Shown here: positions 12,857 to 25,014 of the stretch, piece after piece | Position numbering within the stretch: the first letter of the stretch is position 1 | How the letters are laid out: each line of letters opens with the position of its first letter | Assembly (NCBI GenBank): GCA_014896375.1 | Contig: JADBKN010000009.1 | Span: forward strand, 10,397-74,396 | From: Bacillota bacterium | GTDB taxonomy: Bacteria; Bacillota; Sulfobacillia; RBS10-35; Bu92 | Direction of reading: 5' to 3' | DNA length: 64,000 nucleotides | Notes under the pieces: model-generated | What the model saw: the letters and a program-made list of their open reading frames with translations, nothing else | Told to the model about the DNA's origin: nothing | Databases searched by the model: none | Program-made: the position numbers and the translations under genes

Positions 12857-14190
12857 GCGTTCGCCCCCTGGGCCGGGGCCTGGCGCTGGTCGACGACGCG
12901 CACGGCCTTGCCCTGCGGCCGCGGCAGCGCGCGCGGGGCGAGCACGCGCAGCTCCGCCGAGACGCGGAGGCGGTCCGCGAGCGCGCGGCGCACGCGCGCC
13001 GATAGCTCGCGCACGGCCGGATGGTCCTCGCTGAAGGTGCCCAGCCGAAAGGCGAACTCCTCCGCCGCCTCCACCTCGACCGTCATGCGGTCGAGCGGCC
13101 CCTCCCGCGTGAGCAGGATGCGGTAGTGGCCGGAGAGCTCCGGCGCTCCGAGCAACACCGCCTCGACCTCCGAGGGATAGACGTTGACGCCGCGGATGAT
13201 GAGCATGTCGTCCGCCCGGCCGACGACGCGCGACATGCGCGCGAACGTCCGCCCGCAGGCGCACGGTTCCGCGTCCAGGGAGCAGATGTCGCCGGTGCGG
13301 TAGCGGATGAGGGGCATCGCCTCCTTGGTGAGCGTCGTGAGGACCAGCTCCCCCATGGCGCCGGGCGGCAGCACCTCCCCGGTGTCCGGGTCCACGATCT
13401 CCGCGAGGAAATGGTCCTCGAAGATGTGCGCGCCGGCCTTGGCTTCCGCGCACTCGCAGGCCACGCCCGGACCCACGATCTCCGAAAGGCCGTAGATGTC
13501 GACCGCGTCGACGCCCAGCTCCGCTTCGATGGCGCGCCGCATCTCCTCCGTCCACGGCTCCGCCCCGAGGATGGCGTAGCGCAAGGCGAGCCTGGAGCGG
13601 CCGACGCCCATCTCCCGCATCGTCTCCGCGATCTGCAGGGCGTAGCTGGGCGTGCAGCAGAGGCCGTGGGCCTGGAAGTCGACGATCAGCTCCACCTGGC
13701 GGGTCGTGAACCCGCCGGAGGCCGGCACCACCGTCTGCCCCATGCGCTCCGCGCCGTAGTGCAGCCCCAGCCCGCCGGTGAAAAGGCCGTAGCCGTAGGC
13801 GTTGTGCAGCACGTCCCCCGGCCGCCCGCCGGCGCAGGCGATGCTGCGCGCCACCACCTCCGCCCACACCTCGATGTCCCCCCGCGTGTAGGCGGCCACC
13901 GTGGGCTTGCCGCGCGTTCCGGAAGAGGCGTGCAGGCGCACGCACGCCTCCCTCGGCACGGCGAGCATCCCGAAGGGGTAGTGGTCGCGCAGGTCGGTCT
14001 TGCGCGTGAAGGGGAAGCGGGAGAGGTCGTCCAGGTCGCGGAGGTCCTCCGGGCCCACGCCGGCTTCGGCGAAGCGGCGCTGGTAAAAGGGCACGCGCAT
14101 CGCGCGCGCCACCGCCTGCCGCAGGCGCTCCAGCTGCAAGGCGCGCAGGGCGGCCCGCGGCATCGTCTCCATCTCCGGGTTCCAGATCAC
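12853..14190 (-). CDS. paaK: Phenylacetate--CoA ligase
   Basis: LHASSGTRGKPT, YGYGLFTGGLG, YGLSE, RYRTGD, GRADDM; SD GGAGG favours GTG at 14190. Confidence 0.93.
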   Translation of the reverse strand: MIWNPEMETMPRAALRALQLERLRQAVARAMRVPFYQRRFAEAGVGPEDLRDLDDLSRFPFTRKTDLRDHYPFGMLAVPREACVRLHASSGTRGKPTVAAYTRGDIEVWAEVVARSIACAGGRPGDVLHNAYGYGLFTGGLGLHYGAERMGQTVVPASGGFTTRQVELIVDFQAHGLCCTPSYALQIAETMREMGVGRSRLALRYAILGAEPWTEEMRRAIEAELGVDAVDIYGLSEIVGPGVACECAEAKAGAHIFEDHFLAEIVDPDTGEVLPPGAMGELVLTTLTKEAMPLIRYRTGDICSLDAEPCACGRTFARMSRVVGRADDMLIIRGVNVYPSEVEAVLLGAPELSGHYRILLTREGPLDRMTVEVEAAEEFAFRLGTFSEDHPAVRELSARVRRALADRLRVSAELRVLAPRALPRPQGKAVRVVDQRQAPAQGANA

Positions 14191-14259
14191 GGCGCCCACC
14201 TCCGGTCGTTCCCAGGTTGCACCAGGGTTCGACCGGCGGGGGCGCCGTCCCTCCCGGCC

Positions 14260-15471
14260 TCAGCGGGCCGTCTCGCGGATCGTCGTCCAGACGTGCGGCA
14301 CCTCGTAGCCCAGCCGCCAGAGGGCGATGCCGCGCAGCCCCTTCTCCTTCACGAGCGCGATGCGGGTGCGCAGGGTGCCGGCGTCCATGTACCAGACGAT
14401 GTGGCGGTTGCCGTTGTCGTCGACGTACTCGAAGTAGGGGTTGCCCGACTGCGGGTCCCGCTTCGGCGTCACGCCCTCATCCGAGGCCAGTCCCAGGATG
14501 CCGTCGAGCGCGCGCTCCTGCGCCAGGTTGCCGGCGTCGAGGTTCCAGTCGAGGCCGTAGAGGCCGGCGGCCACGACGATCTTCTTCGCCGGCACGCCGT
14601 GCCCGAGGAGCCACTCCACGTTGCGGCGCGTCCAGCGGTCGGGCGAGAGCGGACCGGGCGGCCCGCCGGCGTAGTGGAAGTCGTAGAGCATGATCACGAG
14701 GTAGTCGGTGCAGTCCGAGAGCGCCTTGTAGTCGTAGGCGCCGTTGACGGAGACGTCGACGTCGAGGGGCGGGAAGACGGCGGCCGAGAGCTCTGTGCGC
14801 GCCGGCAGCGCGCGGCGCAGGAGGCAGACGAACTTCGTCATGTCGACGTTCGTCTCCGGCGGGATGAGCTCGAAGTCGACGTCCACGGCGTCGTAGCCGC
14901 GGTTGCGCACGATGCCCGCGATATTGGCGATGGCGCGGTCGCGGGCGGCGGGGTCGGTGAGCATGCTGTAGTTCGTCGCGCCGTCGCCCTGGCGGTTATT
15001 GATGAGGAAGCCCATCTTCAACCCGTGGCTCTTAACGAAGCGGATCACCGTCTCCCGGGAGACGTCCTGCACGATGTCGCCCGTGCCGTCGACGCTGTAC
15101 CAGAAGGCCAGCACCTCGTCGAGGAGACGGTAGTGCTGCTGCACCGAGGGGAAGGAGTCGCCGAACTCGGCGCTCCAGCCGTTCTCGAAGTAGCCGATGA
15201 TCGAGACGCGCGTCACGCCGGGCATGAGCGGCGTGCGCGCCGGCCCCGGCCGCAGCGCCGAGACGAGCCCGAGGACGAGCACGAGGCCCGCCGCCACCGC
15301 GCCGGCGCCCACGCGCCAATCGTCGCTGCCCAACCAGCCGGCGACGCGTTTCAGCCAGGGCTGCCGGCTGAGCCAGTCCGTCGCCGCGCGCCCGGCGCGC
15401 TGCGCCGCCCGCCAGGCGTCCTGCGCCGCTCGCCGCGCGTTGTCGAAGCCGTCCGGCGGACCTGCCGCCAA
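14260..15471 (-). CDS. Membrane-anchored glycoside hydrolase family 18 protein (YaaH/YdhD-like, possible spore cortex hydrolase)
   Basis: YDAVDVDFE catalytic DxxDxDxE motif, IMLYDFH, GIALWRLG; single N-terminal TM; TTG start after GGAGG (start uncertain). Confidence 0.85.
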   Translation of the reverse strand: MAAGPPDGFDNARRAAQDAWRAAQRAGRAATDWLSRQPWLKRVAGWLGSDDWRVGAGAVAAGLVLVLGLVSALRPGPARTPLMPGVTRVSIIGYFENGWSAEFGDSFPSVQQHYRLLDEVLAFWYSVDGTGDIVQDVSRETVIRFVKSHGLKMGFLINNRQGDGATNYSMLTDPAARDRAIANIAGIVRNRGYDAVDVDFELIPPETNVDMTKFVCLLRRALPARTELSAAVFPPLDVDVSVNGAYDYKALSDCTDYLVIMLYDFHYAGGPPGPLSPDRWTRRNVEWLLGHGVPAKKIVVAAGLYGLDWNLDAGNLAQERALDGILGLASDEGVTPKRDPQSGNPYFEYVDDNGNRHIVWYMDAGTLRTRIALVKEKGLRGIALWRLGYEVPHVWTTIRETAR

Positions 15472-15561
15472 GGCGAGCCACCTCCACTGGTCGATGTGCC
15501 GCGCGTAGTATCGGCGGCCGGAGGCGCTATGATGCAGGAGGGGATGGGAGGTTCCGCCGCC

Positions 15562-16740
15562 ATGAGTTACATCGTGAGCTATGTCCGCACGCCGTTCGGC
15601 CGCTTCGGCGGCGCGCTGAAAGATGTCCCGGCCATGGACCTGGGCGCGCACGCGATCCGTCACGCCCTGCTGCGCGCGGGCGTCCCGGCCGCGCGCGTCG
15701 ACTACGTCCTCATGGGCATGGTCGTGCAGGCCGGCGCCGGCCAGATCCCGTCGCGCCAGGCCACGATCAAGGCCGGCCTGCCGGCCGAGGTGCCCTCAGA
15801 CACGATCAACAAGGTCTGCGCCTCTGGGCTCCGCGCCGCCAACTACGCCGACATGATGATCCGCGCCGGCGAGGCGGACGTCGTCGTGGCGGGCGGCATG
15901 GAGAGCATGAGCCAGGCGCCGTACCTCTTGCCCGGCGCCCGCTGGGGGTTGCGCATGGGCGACGGAACGCTGGTCGACGCCGTCGTCCACGACGGCCTCT
16001 GGTGCTCGTTCGGGAACTGCCACATGGGCGTCTACGGCAGCACCGTCGCCAAGGAGTACGGCATCTCGCGCGAAGCTCAGGACGAGTGGGCCTACCGCAG
16101 CCACATGCGCGCGGCCGAGGCCCAGCGCGCCGGCCGCCTGGCAGAGGAGATCGAGCCCGTGGACGCGCCGGGGCCGAAGGGCTCCTCAGTGCGCGTGGAG
16201 CACGACGAGGCCATCCGACCCGACACGACCCTCGAAAAGCTCGCGGCCCTCAAGCCGGCCTTCCAGCCGGACGGCACGATCACCGCCGGCAACGCGCCCG
16301 GCCTCAACGACGGCGCGGCGGCCCTCGTGGTGGCCTCGGAGCGCGCCGTGGCGGAGCTGGGCCTGCGGCCTTGGGCGAGGATCGTGGCGCACGGCCACGC
16401 CTCGCAGGACCCGCCATACCTGCACACGGTGCCCTGGCTGGCCGCGCAGGCGGCGCTGCGCAAGGCGGGCCTCACGAAAGACGACATCGCGCTCTGGGAG
16501 ATCAACGAGGCCTTCGCCGCCGTCACGCTGACCAGCGCCAAGCTCGGCGGCCTCGATCCGGAACGGATCAACGTCAACGGCGGCGCGGTGGCCCTGGGCC
16601 ACCCGATCGGCGCGAGCGGCGCCCGCATCCTCGGCACGCTCGTGATGGAGCTGCGCCGCCGCGGCGGCGGCTACGGCGTGGCGGCCATCTGCTCCGGCGG
16701 CGGCCAGGGCGAGGCGACCGTCGTCCGCGTGGACGTGTGA
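15562..16740 (+). CDS. Acetyl-CoA C-acetyltransferase (thiolase)
   Basis: [50 protein letters not shown] -10 at 15528. Confidence 0.96.
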   Translation: MSYIVSYVRTPFGRFGGALKDVPAMDLGAHAIRHALLRAGVPAARVDYVLMGMVVQAGAGQIPSRQATIKAGLPAEVPSDTINKVCASGLRAANYADMMIRAGEADVVVAGGMESMSQAPYLLPGARWGLRMGDGTLVDAVVHDGLWCSFGNCHMGVYGSTVAKEYGISREAQDEWAYRSHMRAAEAQRAGRLAEEIEPVDAPGPKGSSVRVEHDEAIRPDTTLEKLAALKPAFQPDGTITAGNAPGLNDGAAALVVASERAVAELGLRPWARIVAHGHASQDPPYLHTVPWLAAQAALRKAGLTKDDIALWEINEAFAAVTLTSAKLGGLDPERINVNGGAVALGHPIGASGARILGTLVMELRRRGGGYGVAAICSGGGQGEATVVRVDV

Positions 16741-16822
16741 CGGGACGCGTCTGCGGGAGCGACGCCACAGACGCGATAGCGGGATGGGGACGTTCCGAAG
16801 CGGACGCCAAAGGAGGTCCGGC

Positions 16823-17677
16823 ATGGCAGGAGAGACGGTGTTCGTGGCCGGCGCCGGCCAGATGGGCAGCGGCATCGCCCAGGTGGCCGCGCAGGCCGGC
16901 TATGAGGTGATCCTCTACGACGTCGAGCCGCGCTTCCTGGAGCGCGGCCTGGGCACGATCCGCCGCAACCTGGACCGCGACGTGGAGCGCGGCCGAAAGA
17001 GAGCGGAGGAGCGGGAGGCGGTGCTGGCGCGCATCTCGGGCACGCTGGAGCTGAAGGACGCCGCCGCGGCCGCCCTCGTGGTGGAGGCCGTGGTGGAGCA
17101 CGCGGAGGTCAAGGCGCAGCTCTTCCGTGACCTCGACGCCGTCTGCCCTCCGGAGACGATCTTCGCCAGCAACACCTCGTCCATCTCCATCACGCGCCTC
17201 GCCGCCGCCACGCGCCGCCCGGACCGCTTCATCGGCATGCACTTCATGAACCCGGTGCCGGTGATGAAGCTCCTCGAGGTCATCCGCGGCCAGCTCACGA
17301 GCGACGCCACGCACCGGGCGGCGCTGGAGGCAGGCGCGCGCATGGGGAAGACGTGCGTCACCGTCCAGGACTACCCCGGCTTCGTCAGCAACCGGCTCCT
17401 CATGCCGATGATCAACGAGGCCGCGTACGCGCTCATGGAGGGCGTGGCCGGGCGCGAGGAGATCGACACCGTGATGAAGCTCGGCATGAACCACCCCATG
17501 GGGCCGCTGGAGCTGGCCGACTTCATCGGCCTCGACACCTGCCTCGCCATCATGGAGGTGCTCTACGAGGGCTTCGGGGACCCGAAATACCGGCCCTGCC
17601 CGCTCCTGCGCCGCATGGTGCAGGCCGGGCTCTTGGGGCGCAAGTCGGGGCGGGGGTTCTATGAATACGGGGCGTGA
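16823..17677 (+). CDS. hbd: 3-hydroxybutyryl-CoA dehydrogenase
   Basis: [39 protein letters not shown]. Confidence 0.95.
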   Translation: MAGETVFVAGAGQMGSGIAQVAAQAGYEVILYDVEPRFLERGLGTIRRNLDRDVERGRKRAEEREAVLARISGTLELKDAAAAALVVEAVVEHAEVKAQLFRDLDAVCPPETIFASNTSSISITRLAAATRRPDRFIGMHFMNPVPVMKLLEVIRGQLTSDATHRAALEAGARMGKTCVTVQDYPGFVSNRLLMPMINEAAYALMEGVAGREEIDTVMKLGMNHPMGPLELADFIGLDTCLAIMEVLYEGFGDPKYRPCPLLRRMVQAGLLGRKSGRGFYEYGA

Positions 17678-18989
17678 GCCGCGCGCGGCGGCGGGCTCGC
17701 CGGCCGGCGCGGCAGCGGCGGATCTTCCGGGCCCGGAGGAGGCGCTGCGGCGCCTTCTGGAGCATCCGGACTTCGCCGCGGCCGCCGCGGCGCTGGCGGC
17801 CGAGGAGCCGGAAGACGTGCCTCTGGAGGAGGCGCTCGGCCGCGTGCTGGCGTGCGACATCGCGGCCCCGGAGGACATGCCGCCCTTCCCGCGCGCCCAC
17901 ATGGACGGCTTCGCCGTGCGCGCCGCCGATTGTGCCGGCGCCTCGGCCGAGCGGCCGGTGCGCCTGCGCCTCGCGCCGGCCGTGGCCATGGGCCGCGCGG
18001 CGGGGGAGCTGGCGCCCGGGACGGCGGCGCCCATCGCCACGGGCGGGATGCTGCCGGCGGGGGCGGACGCCGTCGTGCCGGTGGAGGAGGCGGAGGCGGC
18101 GGGCGACGCGGTCGCCATCTTCGCCCCGGTGGCGCCGGGCCAGCACGTGACGCCGGCCGGCGCGGACGCGCGCGCCGGCGAGCGGCTCCTGCCGTCGGGC
18201 CGCCGCCTGCGGCCCTACGACATCGCCGCGCTGGCCGCCGTCGGCCGGCTGCGAGTGCCCGTGCGGCGGCGGCCGCGCCTTCTCATCCTGCCTACCGGCG
18301 ACGAGCTCGTGCCGGCGGAGCGCGCCCCGGCGCCGGGGCAGATCCGCGAGTTCAACTCCTGGGGGCTCGCGGCCGCCGCGCGGCGCGACGGCGCCGAGGC
18401 GCGCGTGCAGGCGGCGGTGCCGGACGACGCGGATGCGCTCGCCGCCGCGCTCGCGGAGGCGGCGCGGGAGCACGAGGCGGTCGCCGTCATCGGCGGCAGC
18501 TCCGTGGGCGCGCGCGACTGGACGGCCGCCGCCGTGCGGCGCCTGCCGGGGCCGGGCGTGCTCGTCCACGGCGTGGCCATGCGGCCCGGACGGCCCACGC
18601 TCGTCGCCCTGGTCCACGCGGACGGCCGCCGGCCGCGCCCCGTGTTCGGGCTGCCGGGCCATCCGGTGTCCTGCCTGGTCGTCTACGACACGCTCGTGCG
18701 TCCCGCCCTGCGGCGCCTCCTGGGCGCGGCCGGCGGCCCGCCGCCCTCGGTGCGTGCGCGCCTCGCGCGGCCGCTCTCCAACGGCGCGCTGGAGTTCGTG
18801 GCGCGCGTGGAACTGCGCCCCACCGGCGAGGGCGGGCCCGTCGCCTGGGAGGCGTGGCCGGTGCCTGGAGACTCCGCCATCCTCACGAGCCTCGCGCGCG
18901 CGGACGGCATCCTCCGCCTGCCGCCGCACCGGAGCCTCGAGCCCGGCTCGGTGGTGGAGGTCGAGCTCCTCCGACCGCCGGCCTTCTGA
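17661..18989 (+). CDS. moeA: Molybdopterin molybdotransferase MoeA
   Basis: [39 protein letters not shown]. Confidence 0.9.
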   Translation: MNTGREPRAAAGSPAGAAAADLPGPEEALRRLLEHPDFAAAAAALAAEEPEDVPLEEALGRVLACDIAAPEDMPPFPRAHMDGFAVRAADCAGASAERPVRLRLAPAVAMGRAAGELAPGTAAPIATGGMLPAGADAVVPVEEAEAAGDAVAIFAPVAPGQHVTPAGADARAGERLLPSGRRLRPYDIAALAAVGRLRVPVRRRPRLLILPTGDELVPAERAPAPGQIREFNSWGLAAAARRDGAEARVQAAVPDDADALAAALAEAAREHEAVAVIGGSSVGARDWTAAAVRRLPGPGVLVHGVAMRPGRPTLVALVHADGRRPRPVFGLPGHPVSCLVVYDTLVRPALRRLLGAAGGPPPSVRARLARPLSNGALEFVARVELRPTGEGGPVAWEAWPVPGDSAILTSLARADGILRLPPHRSLEPGSVVEVELLRPPAF

Positions 18990-19026
18990 ATCGCGCCAGC
19001 GGGGACATCCGAAGGAGGTCTGCGCC

Positions 19027-19563
19027 GTGGACGAATCGCCCTTCACGCACCTCGACGCCTCCGGCGCCGCGCGCATGGTCGAAGTCGGTGAAAAGCCGGT
19101 CACCGCGCGTGCGGCCCTCGCGCGCGGCCGCCTCTCCATGCGGCCCGAGACCCTGGCCGCACTCCTTTCCGGCCGCCTGCCCAAGGGCGACGCCTTCCCC
19201 GTGGCACGCCTCGCCGGCATCCAGGCCGCCAAGGAGACGAGCCGCCTCATCCCCCTCTGCCACCCGCTCCCGCTCACATCGGTGGAGGTCCGGCTGCACC
19301 CGCGCCCCGAGGCCGAACCGCCCGCCTGTGCTCCGCAGAGCACGGCCGCCGTGGAGATCGAGGCCGTGGCGCGGGCGGAAGCGCGCACGGGCGTGGAGAT
19401 GGAGGCGCTCGTGGCCGTGACCGTCGCCGGCCTCGCCCTCTACGACATGCTCAAGGCCCTCGACCGCGACCTGGTCCTCGGCGAGGTGCGCCTCGACGAG
19501 AAATCGGGCGGCCGCGGCGGCGACTACCGCCGCGGCGCGGCGCCATCCGGCGCCGGCGATTGA
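19027..19563 (+). CDS. moaC: Cyclic pyranopterin monophosphate synthase MoaC
   Basis: FTHLD..ARMVEV..K, LIPLCH, TGVEMEAL, YDMLKA, KSGG; SD GAAGGAGG. Confidence 0.95.
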   Translation: MDESPFTHLDASGAARMVEVGEKPVTARAALARGRLSMRPETLAALLSGRLPKGDAFPVARLAGIQAAKETSRLIPLCHPLPLTSVEVRLHPRPEAEPPACAPQSTAAVEIEAVARAEARTGVEMEALVAVTVAGLALYDMLKALDRDLVLGEVRLDEKSGGRGGDYRRGAAPSGAGD

Positions 19564-19675
19564 CGCCCGCCGCGGCGCGCCGCAAAACGTGCCAAGAGAG
19601 CGCGCGCCGCCGCGCCGCGCGGCGCCGCGCCGGCGTTTCCGGCGCGCGTGCCGCAAGACCCCGTGCAAGACCCGA

Positions 19676-19704
19676 TTGACGGCCGCCATGGGGTTTTCTA
19701 GGAT
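19676..19704 (+). promoter_or_regulatory. SigmaA promoter of groESL
   Basis: TTGACG-N17-TAGGAT immediately upstream of the CIRCE element. Confidence 0.8.
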
Positions 19705-19719
19705 ACGTGGCGGAACTTG

Positions 19720-19746
19720 TTAGCACTCGGTCAATGGGAGTGCTAA
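19720..19746 (+). promoter_or_regulatory. CIRCE element (HrcA operator)
   Basis: Perfect TTAGCACTC-N9-GAGTGCTAA. Confidence 0.98.
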
Positions 19747-19814
19747 CAATAGACGGGGCGGCACCCCGCCGGAGGGCGGGGACGGACCCCAGACTGCAGA
19801 GGAGGGACGCATCC

Positions 19815-21801
<1,987 letters not shown>

Positions 21802-21815
21802 TCCCGGGAGCCGCC

Positions 21816-21854
21816 CCGAAGCGCCCGGCGTCCGCGCCGGGCGCTTCGGCTTTT
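21816..21854 (+). terminator. Intrinsic terminator after groEL
   Basis: 15-bp stem CCGAAGCGCCCGGCG/CGCCGGGCGCTTCGG, TCCG loop, then CTTTT. Confidence 0.85.
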
Positions 21855-21908
21855 CCATGCAAACCAGAACTTAACGCTCGAACCTGATCGAGAAGTTCGT
21901 TCCTTGCG

Positions 21909-21935
21909 GGAGGAATCGCGACTTGTCCCGCGAAT
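21909..21935 (+). promoter_or_regulatory. Putative sigmaH-type promoter of the opp operon
   Basis: GGAGGAATC followed by GCGAAT; AGGA-N17-GAAT spacing as in B. subtilis spoVG P1. Confidence 0.55.
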
Positions 21936-22033
21936 CCCATTCCGTTGGTCGCGGTCCGGAACCGTCGTGCGTGCGCGGGGGAGCGGTTCCGGGAAACCGG
22001 CGACGGCACATCTTTCGTTGGGGAGGAATCGAT

Positions 22034-23878
22034 TTGCGGAAACGGAACAAGCGGCTGCTGTCGCTCGTTACGTTCCTCTTGCTCGCGGCCTTCCTGATCA
22101 GCGCCTGCGGCGGCGGCGCGAAGACGCCCGCCAGCAGCAGCGAGTCTGAGAAGACGGGCAGCGAGACGGCCATCGACAAGGACCAGTTCCTCAACGTCAA
22201 CCTGGGCGATGAGCCGCCGTCCCTGGATCCCGGCGTGTCCACGGACGCGGTCTCGTTCATCATCCTGAACGACATCCTCGCCGGCCTCACGCGCTACGGC
22301 CCGGACGGCAAGATCCAGCCGGAGATCGCGCAGAGCTGGGATGTGAGCGACGACGGCAAGACCTACACCTTCCACCTTCGTGACGCGAAGTGGTCGGACG
22401 GCCAGCCCGTCACCTCGAAGGACTTCGCGTACGCGTGGAAGCGCGCCATCGACCCGCGCACCGGCTCGCAGTACGCCTACCAGCTCGCGTACATCCAGGG
22501 CGCTGCGGAGGCCAACGGCCTGACCCCGCCGGACCCGAAGGATACGAAGAAGTATCCGCAGGGTGACAAGGATCCGAAGTACCAGCAGGATCTCGCCGCC
22601 TTCAACCAGCAGGCCGACGAGGCGCTCTCGAAGGTCGGCATCGAGACGCCGGACGACAAGACGCTCGTCGTCCACCTGGCGCAGCCCACGGTGTACTGGC
22701 TCGGCCTCACCTCCTTCATCACCTACCTGCCGGTGCGCCAGGACATCGTGGAGAAGTACGGCGACCAGTTCGCCACGGAGCCCGACAAGATGGTCTACAA
22801 CGGGCCGTTCAAGATCGACAGCTGGACGCACCAGTCCGAGCTCGTCCTCGTCAAGAACGACTCGTATTGGGACGCGGCGAACGTCAAGCTGCAGAAGATC
22901 CACTTCGACATGATCAAGGACATCACGACGCCGGTGAACATGTTTGACGCCGGCCAGCTCGACACGATCGGCGTGCCGAGCGACTACATCCAGACGTACA
23001 AGGACAAAGGCATCCTGAAGACCGAGGCGGATGCGGTCACCTGGTACCTGGAGTTCAACATCGACCCGCGGAACCCGAACAAGGCGTTCCAGAGCAAGAA
23101 GATCCGCCAGGCGATCGCGATCGCCTTCGACCGTCAGGGCTTCGTCGACAACGTGCTGAAGAACGGCTCGCTGCCGGCGACGGCGCTCACGCCGCCTTCG
23201 ATCCACGACCAGGAGGGCAACTCCTTCAACGAGAAGTGGGTCGGCAAGGACCTCTTCCCGAAGACGGCGGACGTCGAGCAGGCGAAGCAGCTTCTGCAGG
23301 AGGGTCTCAAGGACCTCGGCCTGAAGCAGATGCCCCAGGTGACGTTCCTCGCGGGTGACAGCGAGACGGCCAAGAAGTACTCGCAGGCCATCACCGCGAA
23401 CATCTCGCAGAACCTGGGCATCCAGTTCAAGCTCGTCAACGTCGACTTCAAGACCCGGCTCGACATGATGAAGAAGGGCCAGTTCGACATGGTCTACGCC
23501 GGCTGGGGCGCGGACTACGACGATCCTGAGACCTTCATGAATCTCTTCGACTGCCCGGCGGGGTACACGTCCAGCAGCCCGGACCTCTACACCGACAAGG
23601 TGACGCCCGGCGACTGGGCGTTCAACGACCCGCACTGGTGCAACGACCAGTACACGAGCCTGGACAAGTCGACGCAGACGACGAACGACAACACGGCCCG
23701 CATGCAGGCGTTCGCGCAGATGGAGCAGATCCTCCGCGACGAGGTGCCGATCGCCCCGATGTACTGGCCGGCTCGCAACTACGTCGAGCAGCCGTGGGTG
23801 AAGGGCATCGTGCGCCGCTCCACGGGCGCGGACACCGAGTTCAAGTGGGCCTACACGCAGGGTCGCCCGAACAGCTGA
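22034..23878 (+). CDS. oppA: Oligopeptide ABC transporter substrate-binding lipoprotein
   Basis: Lipobox LISAC, SLDP, YTFHLRDAKWSDG, NGPF, GWGADYDDP; TTG start with GGAGG. Confidence 0.95.
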   Translation: MRKRNKRLLSLVTFLLLAAFLISACGGGAKTPASSSESEKTGSETAIDKDQFLNVNLGDEPPSLDPGVSTDAVSFIILNDILAGLTRYGPDGKIQPEIAQSWDVSDDGKTYTFHLRDAKWSDGQPVTSKDFAYAWKRAIDPRTGSQYAYQLAYIQGAAEANGLTPPDPKDTKKYPQGDKDPKYQQDLAAFNQQADEALSKVGIETPDDKTLVVHLAQPTVYWLGLTSFITYLPVRQDIVEKYGDQFATEPDKMVYNGPFKIDSWTHQSELVLVKNDSYWDAANVKLQKIHFDMIKDITTPVNMFDAGQLDTIGVPSDYIQTYKDKGILKTEADAVTWYLEFNIDPRNPNKAFQSKKIRQAIAIAFDRQGFVDNVLKNGSLPATALTPPSIHDQEGNSFNEKWVGKDLFPKTADVEQAKQLLQEGLKDLGLKQMPQVTFLAGDSETAKKYSQAITANISQNLGIQFKLVNVDFKTRLDMMKKGQFDMVYAGWGADYDDPETFMNLFDCPAGYTSSSPDLYTDKVTPGDWAFNDPHWCNDQYTSLDKSTQTTNDNTARMQAFAQMEQILRDEVPIAPMYWPARNYVEQPWVKGIVRRSTGADTEFKWAYTQGRPNS

Positions 23879-24082
23879 CGTTCAGCGCCAGCGTGAACCA
23901 GGGTGAAACGAGGGACGGTCGCCGCGCGGCGTGACCCGCCACGCCGCGTGCGCCGTCGCAAGCGGTGAGACCCCGGGCTCCGGGGTCTCACCACGTTCAC
24001 CCGGCGATTGCGCTGGGAAGCGGCTCCATGGACGACATGCGGATTTTCTGCTCTTCTTTTGCGAAGAGGGGAGGCGGATGGC

Positions 24083-25012
24083 GTGTTCCGTTACATCGCC
24101 CGTCGCTTCATGCTGAGCGTCCTCGCGCTCTGGGCGATCGCGACCCTGACATTCATCCTCATGCACTCCATCCCCGGCGATCCGTTCACGGATCCCAAGC
24201 TGCCGGAGCACATCCACCAGCTCCTTTTGCACAAGTACGGGCTGGACAAACCGCTCTATGAGCAGTACCTGATCTACCTGAACAACCTCCTCCACGGCGA
24301 CCTGGGCGACAGCCTGCGCTTCCGGGAGCAGTCGGTGAACAAGATGATCGCGCAGGGCTTCCCGGTATCGGCGCTCTTGGGCGTGGAGGCGCTCGCCTGG
24401 TCCGTGTCCCTGGGCCTCCTCCTCGGTCTCGTGGCGGCCCTCAACCGCAACCGCGTGCTCGACATGGTCACGATGGCGATCGCCATCATCGCCATCTCCG
24501 TGCCCAACTTCGTCATCGCGGGCGCCCTGCAGTGGCTCCTCGGCGTGAAGCTCGAGGTCCTGCCCATCGCCCGCTGGGGCGGCATCGAGTACCAGATCCT
24601 CCCCGCGGTGTCCCTCGGCTTCGGCGTCGTCGGCGGCATGGCGCGCTTCATGCGCACCTCGGTGCTCGACGTGATCACGCAGGATTACATCCGCACGGCC
24701 AAGTCGAAGGGGCTCTCCGCCTTTGAGACGGTCTGGCGGCACGTCATCCGCAACTCGCTCCTGCCCATCGTCACCATCCTCGGCCCGCTCATCGCCGGCA
24801 TCACGACGGGCACGTTCGTCGTGGAGCAGATCTTCGGCATCCCGGGCCTGGGCAAGTACTTCGTGAACTCGATCTACAACCGCGACTACCCGCTGATCAT
24901 GGGCACGACGCTCTTTTACGCGGTGATCCTGATCTTCATGAACTTCGTCGTCGACGTGCTGTACGGCGTGATCGATCCGCGCATCCGCGTCGTCGGCGGG
25001 AAGGAGGGCTGA
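24083..25012 (+). CDS. oppB: Oligopeptide ABC permease
   Basis: PGDPF, YGLDKP, DYIRTAKSKGL (EAA loop), RDYP, IDPRIR. Confidence 0.95.
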   Translation: MFRYIARRFMLSVLALWAIATLTFILMHSIPGDPFTDPKLPEHIHQLLLHKYGLDKPLYEQYLIYLNNLLHGDLGDSLRFREQSVNKMIAQGFPVSALLGVEALAWSVSLGLLLGLVAALNRNRVLDMVTMAIAIIAISVPNFVIAGALQWLLGVKLEVLPIARWGGIEYQILPAVSLGFGVVGGMARFMRTSVLDVITQDYIRTAKSKGLSAFETVWRHVIRNSLLPIVTILGPLIAGITTGTFVVEQIFGIPGLGKYFVNSIYNRDYPLIMGTTLFYAVILIFMNFVVDVLYGVIDPRIRVVGGKEG

Positions 25013-25014
25013 CG

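Noticed and set aside
22031..22045. Possible CodY box at the oppA start
   Set aside because: Only 9 of 15 positions match AATTTTCWGAAAATT
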